Both the position numbers and the translations under genes were made by a program. Shown in pieces: positions 51,253-64,000 of a stretch of 64,000 bases of DNA. Under the pieces are notes generated by a model. It made no database searches, was not told the origin of the DNA, and worked only from the letters and a program-made list of their open reading frames with translations. This stretch comes from Eledone cirrhosa (Eukaryota), in NCBI GenBank assembly GCA_964016885.1, contig OZ024740.1:75268001-75332000 (forward strand), read 5' to 3'. Within the stretch, counting starts at the first letter, position 1. Every line of letters starts with the position of its first letter.

Positions 51253-51675
51253 ACACAATACAATTATTCCATTTACCAAAGGTTTCACGAAGACAGGCGA
51301 GCTCAATAGAGACGTCTGAAATCGTTCATCAGAATGTACGCCTGCCGCCTGTATTTTCCGATTCTTAGCCCACTGAGATTAGTGGTTGGCATCCCTTCGC
51401 CACGATGAGGCGTCTGGCGAGACCAGGGGAATCATCAGAGGTATCATATATATATATATATGTAATAAAAAACACAATACAATTATTCCGTTTACCTCGC
51501 CTGTCTTCGTGAAACCTTTGGTAAATGGAATAATTGTATTGTGTTTTTTATTACATATATATATATATATAATACCCCTGATGATTCCCCTGGTCTCGTC
51601 GGACGCCTCATCGTGGCGAAGGGGTGCCAACCACTAATCTCAGTGGGCAAAGAATCGGCAAATACAGGCGGCAGA
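51253..51675. mobile_element. Head-to-head HHR module, ~219-nt period
   Basis: ACACAATACAATTATTCC at 51253 and 51472; arms ~51342-51496 and 51520-51675 are inverted. Confidence 0.75.
51270..51336 (-). ncRNA. Type I hammerhead ribozyme with extended stem II
   Basis: CAUU CUGAUGA ACG..33 nt..CGU GAAACC UUU GGUA^ AAUG. Confidence 0.78.
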
Positions 51676-54600
51676 CGTCGGGTTAGCAACCCCGCACTGC
51701 TATAAAAATTCTAACCGCTAAAGAAACAGCAAGAACCCCCCCCCCCCCCCCCAAATGAACGGCGTAAAGATGAAGGCGTGGGAAATACTCCACTCTTGAC
51801 GGACCTCGACCAAAGCTGAAAGGACGTTGGGGTTCCGATGAGCCGGATTCTGAGCACCAAAACAAAGATGATTGGAACTTGGAACGTGCGTACACTATAC
51901 CAGGCAGGAAAGCTGGCTCAGCTACTTCGCGAGTTCGACCATTACCAGCTAGACATTCTGGGCGTGAGTCAAATGCGCTGGACCCGCAGCGGAAAGATGA
52001 GTGGCAGCGGAGACACAACTCTGCTCTACTCTGGACACCATGACAAGCACGTTCATGGCGTTGGACTTGTGCTTAGCGCCCGAGCAACTTGAGCATTGAT
52101 CGGATGGGAGCCAGTCAGCGAGCGCATCATAACCTCCCGTTTTCAAATTGGGCATGCGAAAATCACTGTTGTTCAGGGCTACGCACCGATTGATGACGCA
52201 TCCGACATCGACAAGGACGCCTTCTACGAACAGTTGCAGGACACACTTGCCCAGCCATGACATCAAACTACTGATCGGTGATTTCAACGCTCAGATTGGC
52301 TGCAACAGACAGGGACTGGAACAGGTCACTGGGTCATTCGGTTGTGCTGCGGTCACCACGGACAACGGCCAGAGACTACAGCTGTTTTGTGCCATCAACA
52401 GCTTGTGTATTAGCAACACCTATTTCAAACACAAGGCGATTCACAAGGCTACTTGGCAGTCTCCGGACCAGAAAAGCTGAAACGAGATCGACATCAGCAT
52501 CAACCAGCGCTGGCGGTCCTCAGAGTGTACCGAGGTGCGGACGTGGGCTCAGACCACCACCTACTGTGTGCGGAACTGCAGCTGCGCCTGAATAAACGGA
52601 CACGACAGGAAAGACCAAAGCCATATGCAGTGGAGAAGCTGAAGTATCCCGGTCAAGCGCGACTGTACCAACTGGCGCTACATAACCGATTCCAACAGTT
52701 GAGTGAGGCTGCAGATCTGGAAGAACAATGGACGATGTTCACGGGAGCGGTGACTGAGGCAGCACAAGAAACTATTGGCCGAAGACGAAGAACGAGGAAG
52801 GAAAAATGGATCCAAGAACCAACGTGGGACTTGATTGACAGACGAAAAAAGGCAAAAGTCGAGCGAGATTCTGCCAGATCGGAGGAAGACCAAAAGAAAA
52901 GAGATGCCGTATACCGCCAAATAGACAGACTGGTAAAGCGAAGCTGCCGGCGGGACAAACGTGACTGGCTGGAGAAAAGGGTGCTGAGGCAGAGGAAGCT
53001 GCTGGTCGAAACGACACAAAAGCACTGTTCCGCATCGTGAGGGAGTTGACAGGAATTTCGAGCGGTGCCAACATGCCAGTGAAGGACAAAAATGCCAAGG
53101 CGTTGACCACTGGAGCGGAACAGGGGCAGAGATGGATGGAGCACTTCCGGGAGACGCTGAACCAACCAAATCCGGTCGCCCTGATAGACTTGACCGCAGA
53201 GACTCCAGCAACCACTGAGGTACTCAAAGTCTGCGAGGACCATTTCACCAAGCAAGAGACGAGAGATGCGATTAGCAACTTGAGGAACGGCAAAGCAGGA
53301 GGACTGGATGAAATCTCTGCTGAGCTGCTCAAATTCGGTAAGGAGAGCACGATAACGGCGTTGACAGACTTGATGAACCACTGCTGGAGGGTTGGTCGGG
53401 TTCCCCTTGAGTGGCAGCGCAGTGTCATCGTCAAACTGCCGAAGAAGGGAAACCTGGCAGACTGCAATAACTGGCGTGGTATCACATTGCTGTCAGTCCC
53501 AGGCAAGGCGTTCTGCACTGTGCTGCTGCGTCGACTCCGGCAGGCTGTCGACTCTGTGATCCGGGAGGAACAAGCCGGCTTCCGAAAAAATCAATCTTGC
53601 ACGGAACAGATCTTTACACTACGCAACATTCTTGAACATTGCGTTGAGCTACAACAGCCTTTGGCGGTCAATTTTATTGATTTCCAGAAGGCATTCGACA
53701 GTATACACCGGGAGTCGCTGTGGAATGTTGTGCAACTGTACAGCATTCCAAGATTCATCGCCATTTTCAAGGCCCTGTATGAAAACTCCAGCTGCTGCGT
53801 GCGGACTGAGTCCGGTGTGACGGAGTTCTTTGACATTGTCTCCGGAGTCAGACAAGGTTGCATTCTCTCTCCACTGTTTTTCCTGCTGGCAGCCAATTTC
53901 GTACTAAGGCGAATAGATGAAGGACCCGGTCGAGGAATCCCATGGATAGGGCAGTCGTGGCTGAGGGATCTGGCATTCGCCGACGACATCGCTTTGATCG
54001 CTGAAAACAGTGCAGATCTGCAGGCGCTAACAACATCCCTACAAGAGAGTGCGAAAAGATCGGCCTGAGAATCAAAACCAAAAAGACCAAGGTCATGAGA
54101 GCGGCCAGCAACACAGGTCCAGTGATCAGAGTCAATCAACAGGACCTCGAGGAAGTCGATCACTTCACCTATCTGGGCAGCATCCTGACAAGCAGCGACG
54201 ACGCGGAGCTCGACATCAACTGTCGTATCGGCAAAGGAGCCGCAGTTTTCCAGCGGCTGTGCCCAGTCTGGTCGTCTTCATGCATTAGCACCAAGACCAA
54301 GCTCCGCCTGTACAAGAGCATCGTGCTGCCGACAGTGCTTTATGTGAGCGAGACCTGGAAGAGTATGGCAAAAATAGAGAGACGGCTGAATGCTTTCCAC
54401 CAGCGGTGCCTGCGAAAGATCCTTCGTGTGTCCTAGCGCGACCGAGTGCCAAACGAGGAGATCCTGCGGAGAGCCGAGTCGTGGACGCTACAGAGGGTGG
54501 TCACGGAGCGTCGGTGCCGTATGGCTGGCCATATTCTGCGTCTGCCAAATGAACGGCATTCGAAAACAGCGATGAACTGGACTACGCCTGGCGGTAAACG

Positions 54601-54771
54601 GAGGCGGGGTTGCCCAAGGATCACCTGACGACGAACGTTCCGGAAGGACCTGATGGCAGCCAACATCACCTGGCACGGTCTCGAAAAAGTTGCCGCTGAT
54701 CGTGACCGTTGGTGAGTACTTACTGCTCGATGCGCCGAACGGCGCGGAAGAATCTAAGACTAAGACTAAGA
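51676..54771 (+). mobile_element. RTE-clade LINE, nearly full length, inactivated by stops and frameshifts
   Basis: APE motifs GTWNVRTL, GDFNAQIG and GSDHHL; RT motifs KKGNLADCNNWRGITLLS, EEQAGFR, FIDFQKAFDSIHR, GVRQGCILSP, FADDIAL and FTYLGS; 3' (TAAGAC)n tail at 54755-54771. Confidence 0.95.
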
Positions 54772-54789
54772 TATATATAATGTCGTGCA

Positions 54790-55020
54790 TGCGGTTGAGC
54801 AGTCTCCACACATATAAACCTTTAACGCAATTAATTGGGTGATTCGACGCGACAATGTGTGACCAAACTCGCCCTTTGAAATTCCACACATAACTGATTT
54901 TTTTCCCAGCTGAGTGTATTAGAGAAACGTGAAGTAAAGTGTCGTGCCACTTGGTTTGCGAATCGAACTCATGACTTTACGATCTAGAGTTTAACACCTT
55001 AACCACTAAACTATTCGTGT
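54790..55020 (-). mobile_element. CORE-like tRNA-derived SINE
   Basis: AATCGAACTC (B box, reverse complement) and TTAACCACTAAAC (A box, reverse complement); body like 36432-36733. Confidence 0.65.
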
Positions 55021-56284
55021 TCATTTATGTTGTCTATGTGTGAAGGCGTGTGCATGTGTGTGTGTGTAAATATATATATGCATAGATACAATATACATCT
55101 TTGCGGGTATGTCTTTAAATGTGTATGAATATGTATGTGTGTGTGAAGTTGTATGTACGGAGGAGTGAATAGCCATCGAAAATACCACAGTTGAAATATT
55201 ATCTATTTGAATGAATTAAAATCCATTCAGGAAGAATAATGCAAATATAAAACATACAGTATTTATAATTTGTGATTGCAAATATCAAGCTTTACATAAA
55301 TTCCTAACTTTTGACCCACACACCCGAAACATTTTTTTATGATTTTCGTTATTTTCCCCTCTCTTCCCTTATACACGTGACATACATTCTCCACTAGACA
55401 TTGTAATAATTGCCACCCTTAATTTCACTGATGCTCTCTCTATTTAATAAATTTCTATATCTTTAACTCTCTCTATCTTTCTATTTCCTCTAATTCGCCC
55501 ACCTTATTACTAATACATTGTTTTATTCTAGGAATCTCTCTTTTCGCATTATTGTTGGGATTTTTTCCCTACTATAAAACCATTAGCAAGTATTAGATTT
55601 TTCAGTCCACACCACAACAGATCTATTTGCCACCAAAATCTCATCCAATTCTACCCCTTCTTCTTTTCTAGCATATGACTCATACACACAACGATTATTA
55701 CAACTTCAGTCGCACCAGATTAGTGAAGTTCAGTATTTTTCAAACAAACAAAAGCAACGACTTGGTTCCAAATATTTCATTAGGTGTGACTTCTTCTGAA
55801 GCTTGCATAGGAAGAAATTTAACTCAAGCATCGCTTCTAAACAAATGAGATAGACTGTGAACACTACGTTTATCGAGCGCTAAATCTTTTGTAAAAGATA
55901 GTAAAATATAAACAAGTAGTTTTGGTTGGAAAATTTGACTGTAGTTGGTTTATGTAGTTTGGATTTTTTCTCCATTTCAGCTAGCAATGTGTAACTGAAG
56001 CTTTAAACTGTGTTTAATGTATGAAGCATTTGGTATCTGGCTATAAATTACCAACTGCCTCTAACAATTAGATAACCACGGATGGCGATGTATTACACCA
56101 GTTCAGATACTGAGGATTTTAACTTTCTTTGTTTTTTGTTTTGTGTACTTCTTTCATTTTAAGCGACAAAATGTACTGTGGTGTAGCGATCAGATAAATA
56201 AGTTATATCTGTATTATACACGTTAGAGTACCAAGTTAGGCAATAGCAAAATATATACAAATACGCCCTTCGTTCACACATAAC

Positions 56285-56520
56285 CATGGGATTTACACCT
56301 AGAAAGTTCCCTTCTGGGACACAAGCCCGGGAAAGTTGTTTTTGTGGAAGATCAGCAGTCGCCTTTGCCTACCAGATTTCTATCTCGACGTCACCGATGT
56401 TGTTCATTGGAAAAGTAAAAGCCGATGCAGCCTGGCACCTGTGACGTCGCAACTCATGTCTGCAGCTGATTGAACTGGAGCAACGTGAAATAAAGTGTCT
56501 TGATCAAGGACACAACGCTC
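56285..56520 (-). mobile_element. tRNA-derived SINE (CORE-like)
   Basis: GGAGCAACGTGAAATAAAGTGTCTTGATCAAGGACACAACGC is shared with 16420-16460 and 54925-54945. Confidence 0.65.
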
Positions 56521-57837
56521 CGTCTAATCCAGGAATTAAATTCGACATAATTACGTTTTTTTTTTCTTCGGCAGTTTAGAATGAGAATCAGACTGAATGT
56601 TTTCGCCGTCCTTACGCCTCATGAAGAATCGCTTGTTTCCCCCTTCTAACCTGCCAAACGTCAATGAGGGAAAGCTACTTAGTAACATGTAAATGCTATT
56701 GTGCCACCAGGAACAACTCATTTATATAATGGTATAAGGTTGACGAACCTACATAAACCCTATTGTCTAACTATGGAGTCTAAGTTCACAGTATGACTAA
56801 GTATATATATATATGGATATAACTTCAATATACATATTCATCTGTACAAGATATTAGCATACCTAATATATTTTGGTAATTGCAAATAAGAAATGCTTTA
56901 TTTATGTATACATACGTGGCTATACAATCATTGGTTTTTCCTGTTGTGATTCAGTCTATATGTCCATTTATTGCTTCTTTTGTTCAGTTACTTCACCCAT
57001 TCTCCCAAGTGTTAACCATCCCAAAGCTGGTACCTTTTCAAAAGCATCTCCATCAACTTTATATCAAACTCCGCTGTTATTTTTCCATTAACCCAGATTG
57101 ATAAGACAGAAACACCTCTACTTCCCAACTCAATCCTATTGATATGTGTTCCACTATATCTATTGATGTGAATTAAATGACACTAAAACATAGTTGTTTG
57201 TTTCAAGGAGCAGTAACTTCACACTATTCTCAAGCCTGGACTCATTAACTTCGGGAAGGCGCCATATTCCCAACATCGATTAAATTGGATCAAAGATACA
57301 TAATGCTTTTTAGAATGAAGAAAATCATACCTTCACATTAGTTATTGTACAATACACAAATAATTCACACTAAGTATATTTATTATCTGATATGCTATAT
57401 CAAACCATATATCTAGATTCAATTATGTCATACGGCCTTCCATATATAACATTATAACAGGAACAAGTCAATCTATATTGTCATTAAACTCTCCTTTATT
57501 GAAAACCTCTACTCACTCCCCCTTCTCTACAACATCTGCTACCACCACTATCTCCCTTTAGAACACAGAATTCTGCGTCAGCAAAAGCAATGTTTCACCC
57601 ATTTATCTGCCCTTGCTAAATAAATCAATATATACCATCATACATTGGCTCATAGTTTACTAATATTTTCCTATAACCCAATCAATTTTGAAGTGTGTGT
57701 ATCTATGTGCCAATGTAGTCATCACGCCACGACGCGTGTGCGGTTTAATGTTTGGCCATCGGAAACGATCACTGCAGGCCCCTAAAAACGAAGTCCCAAT
57801 ATAGCCACAGACAACATATTGAAACTAGTAAAATAAT

Positions 57838-58022
57838 TATTTCTACTTTTTGGCACGAGGCCAGTAATTAGTCAGTGCATTACTGGTACTTTATTTTAAC
57901 GACCCCGTAAGGATGAAAGGCAAAGTTAACCTCGGCATGATTTTAACTTAGACCGCAAAAGAACGTAACTCTATGCTGCAAAGCATGGCATCCGACCCTC
58001 TACCGATGCTGCCAATCCACCT
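57838..58022 (-). mobile_element. Meta-like SINE with 13-bp TSD
   Basis: TSD CTAGTAAAATAAT at 57825-57837 and 58023-58035. Confidence 0.85.
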
Positions 58023-58569
58023 CTAGTAAAATAATAAAATAGCAAAATATCTAACATTTATTTATAATCCTTGTTTCTATTTTACTCTAATCCAAGTCAA
58101 ACCCGCCCCGTTTTCATTTCAACAATAATTCCATATTCCACCCAGTATAAAGAGTTTATTTAATTTATGACTAAATGTGAGTACAAAACTAGTGAAATGT
58201 GGTAGAATGAGGAAAATAATTGTTTTAAAAATATATTGGGATACAAATGACATTAGAATCAGACGTACTGACTTGACACAAATCACATATCTATCGCTCT
58301 CTTCACGAATGCGTTACATTACAACAAAACACCTTCGTTAACCATCTATAAATTTATAGGAAAGCATAATCTAAAATATAAAAATATACAAAGCGTTATA
58401 ATTCAAAATTAGAAATTCATCTTTCATTCAGCTCTTAACAGAAGTCAATCCGACTTCAGGTCTAACCCCAACCGATATCTTTCAGAAAGACAGAAAGACG
58501 AGAGAGAAGGAAAGAGAGAGAGTGTGTGTGTGTGTGTGTTGGGGGGAGGGGGGCGAAACTACCTCCGTA

Positions 58570-58990
58570 GTACCGAATCGGTACTTTATTTATTGACCCC
58601 GAAAAGATGAAAGTAAAATTGTTATCTGCGAGATTTGAAATCACGGCCCAAAGAAACGGAGCGAATACCGCAAGACATAACATCTGCCAATTTTACGCCT
58701 TATAATTCAAAATAAGCTTATATATGTTCTATCATTTTACTTTTATCTTGTCAAATAGATGCATTAGAGATATATATTATCATATTAAGTTACAATAAAG
58801 GTATAAATGCTGTAAAATGGATGGAGTTGACTATATCAACCCCAATATTTGACTAGTATTTATTATATCGCCCTGGAAGGGCGGAAGACGAAGTCGATCT
58901 CGGCAGGATTTAAACTCAGATAGTATAGACGTAAGTAGATACTGCCACCACTTTGTCCACTGCTCAATCAATTTTACTAACCCACTGCCT
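58570..58990 (-). mobile_element. Two degenerate Meta-like SINE copies
   Basis: GGTACTTTATTTATTGACCCCGAAAAGATGAAAG at 58580 and CTCGGCAGGATTTAAACTCAGA at 58899. Confidence 0.55.
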
Positions 58991-59791
58991 TTAATGTATT
59001 ATATTTTTCTAACATTGGAGCAAGGCCTTGGATTCTTTGTGGGGGAGGGTTTAATTTATTAAATAGACCTCATTATTTGATGACCTTGGCGGTATGAGAA
59101 TTAAGAAAGTAACTAAATACTGTAAGTATTTTCTCCATCATTTTACCGCCCCTGTCAATGTACCGCCCAGAATATATAATAATGTTAAATCATGGAATGA
59201 GGTGATTAAATGAAAAATAAGAAAAAAAAGGAAGGAAAATATAGAATAAAGGAAAATTTGAGGAGAAGAATGAAAGAAGTAGGGTAAAGTAAAAGAAGTC
59301 GAGGAAGACACGTATTAAATAGACAAGTCTGTGCATGTACAAATATTGTCGAGACTATGCAAAAATAGCAGCGAGACAGGGGTAGGCAAGTACATAAGAT
59401 GTTTAAATATGGGCGATGCATTTTTCTTTTGCAAAATAGTGAGATGAGAAAACAAACAGAGTAAAGCTGAACGGAAGTTGTCACACTGAATGACCAGACG
59501 ATAGTCGACTGTTTTCTGTGGATACCAATTTTAGTGTCGCCAAGGAAAATAACTACGATTCAGGAAACTAATGTGCAATTGTAAACTTAATGTATGTACA
59601 CATATGCATATATACACTTGTCATAATTGCAAGTTTTTCCAGATCGTGACGCATATAAGTCGCTACATTATACACTTCTATCTAAAGAATTCTCATTCGC
59701 ATTGCTAAAGAATATATATATATGTGTGTGTGTGTGTACATACATTTATATGTGTGTGTACATATATATATATTGTGTGTATATATACACA

Positions 59792-59857
<66 letters not shown>

Positions 59858-59982
59858 GTTTAATATAGAAATGGCTTCTACAGGACTAGAACTGTTTCGT
59901 TCATTTCTATATTAAACATTATATACTCTACTATGTATTGAGTACCTTGACTACTGTGGTTACTCCCGATTGAACCCGGGGT

Positions 59983-60031
<49 letters not shown>

Positions 60032-63000
60032 AGTGTATGTGTGTGTGTGTGTGTGAGTGTATCTCAGTGTGATTAAGCATTTCGGATTACAATTACTTGC
60101 TTAAGTTTTTCATTGCGTATATATATGTATGTGTGTGTGTGCGTGTGCGTGTGCGTGTGCGTGTGTGTGTGTGTGTGCGTGTGCGTGCGCGAGTACGTGT
60201 GTGTATATATGCTAAGCTTGGCGTTAAGCAGCCTAAGTATACGATAAAGTTATATATGTTTATATACAGTATAGCAGTAACCAAAAATGATTGAATGTTA
60301 ATATAATGTACACATTTTAAGTATATGGACACGCAAACATGTTAATTATACGTATTTCCCTGTACATTGAAAAGATGTATGATAAAAACGTCTAATTGAT
60401 TTTCGAAAATCGATAATATATATATTAGTCTTTTGAGGCCATGAACTGATCAATTGTTTCAACTACGGCTTCTTGGCTTGTGACTCTTTTATTACAATGT
60501 AATAGTTCCAAGTGTTTGACGAGGTGGGAGATGGGGGAGATGTCAGGTGATTAGGAGGGCGTGGCAAAAGTATAGCCTTTGTTTTATTCTTTTATTGGTT
60601 TCAACCATTAGACTTCAGCTATGCTCGGGCACCGCCACTAAAGGATTTAATCGATCATATCAACCGCAGCACTTATTTCTTCGAGTGTGGTATTCATTTC
60701 ATCTAACTAGTGGTCAAACCACTAATTTACAGGAAATACAAACCGTAAACGTACACACACACGTACACACACACGCACATACGCACATACGCAAACACAC
60801 ACATACGCACTCACACACACACACGCACACACACACATATGTATGTATTATATGTGTCTGTAAATTTACTGTTAATATTCCTGAAAATTCCCGTGAACTT
60901 CTCATCGAAGCTCAACTTTAACTATGTATAGACTGAAACCATGGTATTTGTTAACAGCCTCACGTTGCAATGTTCTTTTAATTTGAACCCTATCAATTGA
61001 GTGTCCACTTTTTCTGGCTTCAAGTTGTTTAACATATCCTTTGGTTGATCATTTTTGGTGATTCGGACAATTGGGAATTTCAAGCATTCCCAGAAGGTTT
61101 GTCTTTCGTACATTTTACTTATCTTTGTTCCGGACTCACTATTATTCTTTTTAGATACGTTTTTCCTTTTGTCCAATATGCTTTGTCCCCTTCAATGGTT
61201 TCTGAGATCTGACGGATTTTGTGAACTTTAGCCCTGGCTATCCTCAAAGCTGTAACCTGTAGTCCTTTGGAAACAGCTGTTTCTCGGAGCTGCTGTTATT
61301 CTTTATACTACTTGCTGCCTCTACCGTTATCCATCACCTTCGTTCCTCTTTTGCTTTTCAAACTCTAAATAACCATGAAGATCAGAAAATTATACGAAGA
61401 CTGTATTCCATTAGGGAAGAAGAAAGGAAATCAATCATACTGACGGTGCAGAGCAGAAAGCCCTGAAATAAATCTTTCTCACACAGGTGGAGCAACTGAA
61501 CTTTCTGCTCCGTACCATCAGTCTGATTGCTTTCCTTCCTGTTTCGGGTATCGTTAGGACCTTCATGTCCATGCAGGCCACTGCTGACCACATGTCGTTT
61601 CTAATCCGTTACATTCCAAACCTGGCATAAACTTCTATACGCCTTGTTCCGGGAGATGAACTACACACCGCGGCCAGAACTGCTTCCAACAGCTCCTTTA
61701 AAGGTATATGAAAGCTACTTTTTTATTTTTATTTTTTCTTGCAATTACCTCGATAAATTCGTCAGGCACCGTCTTTTGTGAAATATTTCTCACATATTTA
61801 TTTTTGGGGGAGCTGACCCAAATGAAGTACTTCTCTCTCGTTTGCAACGTTAGGAAATCTGGTTTGTTACTTTTGTCATTACAGAAGTCGCTACTTTTTC
61901 ATCTGTATTTGTTAAAGAGTAAATGTCTGTGTTCACAACTACGTCTGCTTGTTCAATTGTCACATTTTCTGTTGTTTTCTTTATTTACCTCTGTGATTTT
62001 GTTTTCAAAATTTTCTTCGAATCATATCAGTTGCTTTTATATATGAGGCGAGTATCTCTCCTTGCTCTTCCAGAGGAAGCCATATTAAATTACGAGTAAA
62101 CAATATCTGCTAAATATATTGAACGTTTAAGACAAACGTTATTTTTCGACATCAGATTAAGATTGCCTTTGTTGAAAACATTAGCCAAAAATAACTTTTT
62201 TTCCTCAAATATCTAAATATTCTCCGGAGCTGGCAAACAACAGCAGTACTGAATGGTAGGTTCTTTGTCCTGATACACAAAGGGAGATCATTCTGATTTT
62301 ATATGGAAGTCGCTCCCGAGATTCAACAATAGATGGACTTGTAGAAAGTTTCTGCCACGATCTCCGATCGGTGGTTATTGCTCTGGTGAAGATCAGCCTC
62401 GTGATCAACAAGTCGGAGGTCATGAACGTAAATTACGAGCAGACTGAACCTGATCAACGTTCATCCGGCCCTCTTCCTGTGGCAGAATTGCTTCGCCATG
62501 CCAAAGCTTCTCTACGCCTTCTGCAGTGTCCCTTGCTATAGAAATGCATCTCTTCTCATGGACCTCGACGCCGGTATCCGGTGAGCTTCTGAGGACATAT
62601 GAAACATCCGGTTTGATGACACCGGGTGGCAACGGGCCACATCCGTCAGATACAATGGCCTTGGTCTTCAGTATCCAGTTTCACTGGCCTTGCAGGCATT
62701 TCTTTTGTCGGTAATATCTTGCTGTGTCCTCATCAATAAGGTTCTTCACAACACAATGGAACCTACTGTGATCGGGGAACGCGAGGCGACTTACTTGACT
62801 TGGAACCAGCTCTGCCTCCGCCCTGTGAATGTACGTAGACGCCCATTCCCCCCTAAAACAAGTGGGACGCCATCCAGTGTAACGTGGCCTCAGACAGGCT
62901 GGCGCGCCGGCTTGATCTGCACCATCTGGTATGTTTTCGCTCGTGGTACGCTCGCTCGCCACTGGTACTCAACTAGACAGTGACATCGAAAATCCAGAAT

Positions 63001-64000
63001 AGAGATCAGAGACAATAACCAAATCAATTATTGATCTCTGTATATTAACTCCCTTATTTTAACGTTGTTACTTCAATGCTTCCAAAGTAATATGTTATAC
63101 CTTAATAGTTTTCTATATTAAAAAATTTAATCTGCAATCCTCCTTGAGTCGTAATTATTAGTAAATTGCATTCATAGGTATTATGTATTCTAATGGATCG
63201 TCTATCTGTGAGCTCATCCTGCATGTGGAGTCGAAGCGGAAACATATATGGTGTACCTTGAGCATTTTAAACTTCCCGAAGCCGATCTCTGACCAGGTTT
63301 GCCTAGAAGTGGAAGAAAAGAAAATGAAAGATAAGAAGAATCGACCACAGTACTAAACCAATATTTAATACCACAAAAGTACAACCGGAAAATTTAACCT
63401 CCGTGCGATTTCAAACTCAGAACGCAGAAAGACTGAAGAAATACTACTGAGCACTATATTACCGTTCTAACAGCAGTGCTAGTTCACTGCCTGCCAATAG
63501 GTTGTGTGCCAATGGGATTATTTCTTGGTAGATCATATTGCAGGAATTCCGAAATAGCGCCCTCCTCTTCTATAATGTGTATCGCTGTCAATGTATTCCC
63601 ATCTGAACATATTTTAAATCAGAAGAAAATACGCAAAATTTCAAATATGAATCATGTGGACCTTCAAGATGATTAACAATCAGCTGCACAATATATCTAC
63701 GCACTCGAAATATATTTTATGACGACGTTCGACCTGCTCGAATTAGCAACTAAACCTACCTAAAATTACACCCCAAGGAAAGAACGTATTAGTTAATGTT
63801 GTCCTACGTATCCCTAATAGATAGGGTGGACCTGGTTGTAATCACTGGTCTACTAGATCCCAGGGTTAACATGGGGCTAAATCACAGCACATAAAGGTGT
63901 AAGTTTACTACATAAAATTATTACTATATTAGGATAGTGTTATTTTACCCTCTATTGTGGTTACGGTACTATAATTTGGGTACTCTTGTTGTTCATGTTT

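Noticed and set aside
52653-54163. Antisense ORFs over the RTE element
   Set aside because: Shadow ORFs of a GC-rich coding sequence.
62200-62985. GC-richer segment with several short ORFs
   Set aside because: Probably an old retroelement remnant, but I could not identify any diagnostic motif.

Overview
AT-rich, microsatellite-dense animal DNA with no recognisable host gene. The SINE families resemble octopus tRNA-derived SINEs, so a cephalopod origin is inferred. Conventional mobile elements: a near-intact ~4.1 kb Penelope-like retroelement (RT + C-terminal GIY-YIG, Naiad-like) in partial tandem (23773-29727), further PLE fragments, a decayed nearly full-length RTE LINE (51676-54771), Tx1/L1-like and mariner remnants, a MITE, many SINEs and two minisatellites. 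Main unexplained signal: about 20 type I hammerhead ribozyme (HHR) motifs from several unrelated sequence families, found by eye. They lie in short non-coding modules that (i) end in (TA)n tracts, (ii) repeat with terminal redundancy at periods of ~219, 300, 447 and ~580 nt, as expected for reverse-transcribed circular or concatemeric RNAs, and (iii) are usually arranged head-to-head as inverted pairs. In one module an arm starts exactly at the predicted self-cleavage site. I interpret this as a (TA)n-targeted PLE plus retrozyme-like system with atypical HHR cores (U3-A8, U10.1-U11.1). Folds were deduced manually and no activity is demonstrated. Boundaries of decayed repeats are approximate.
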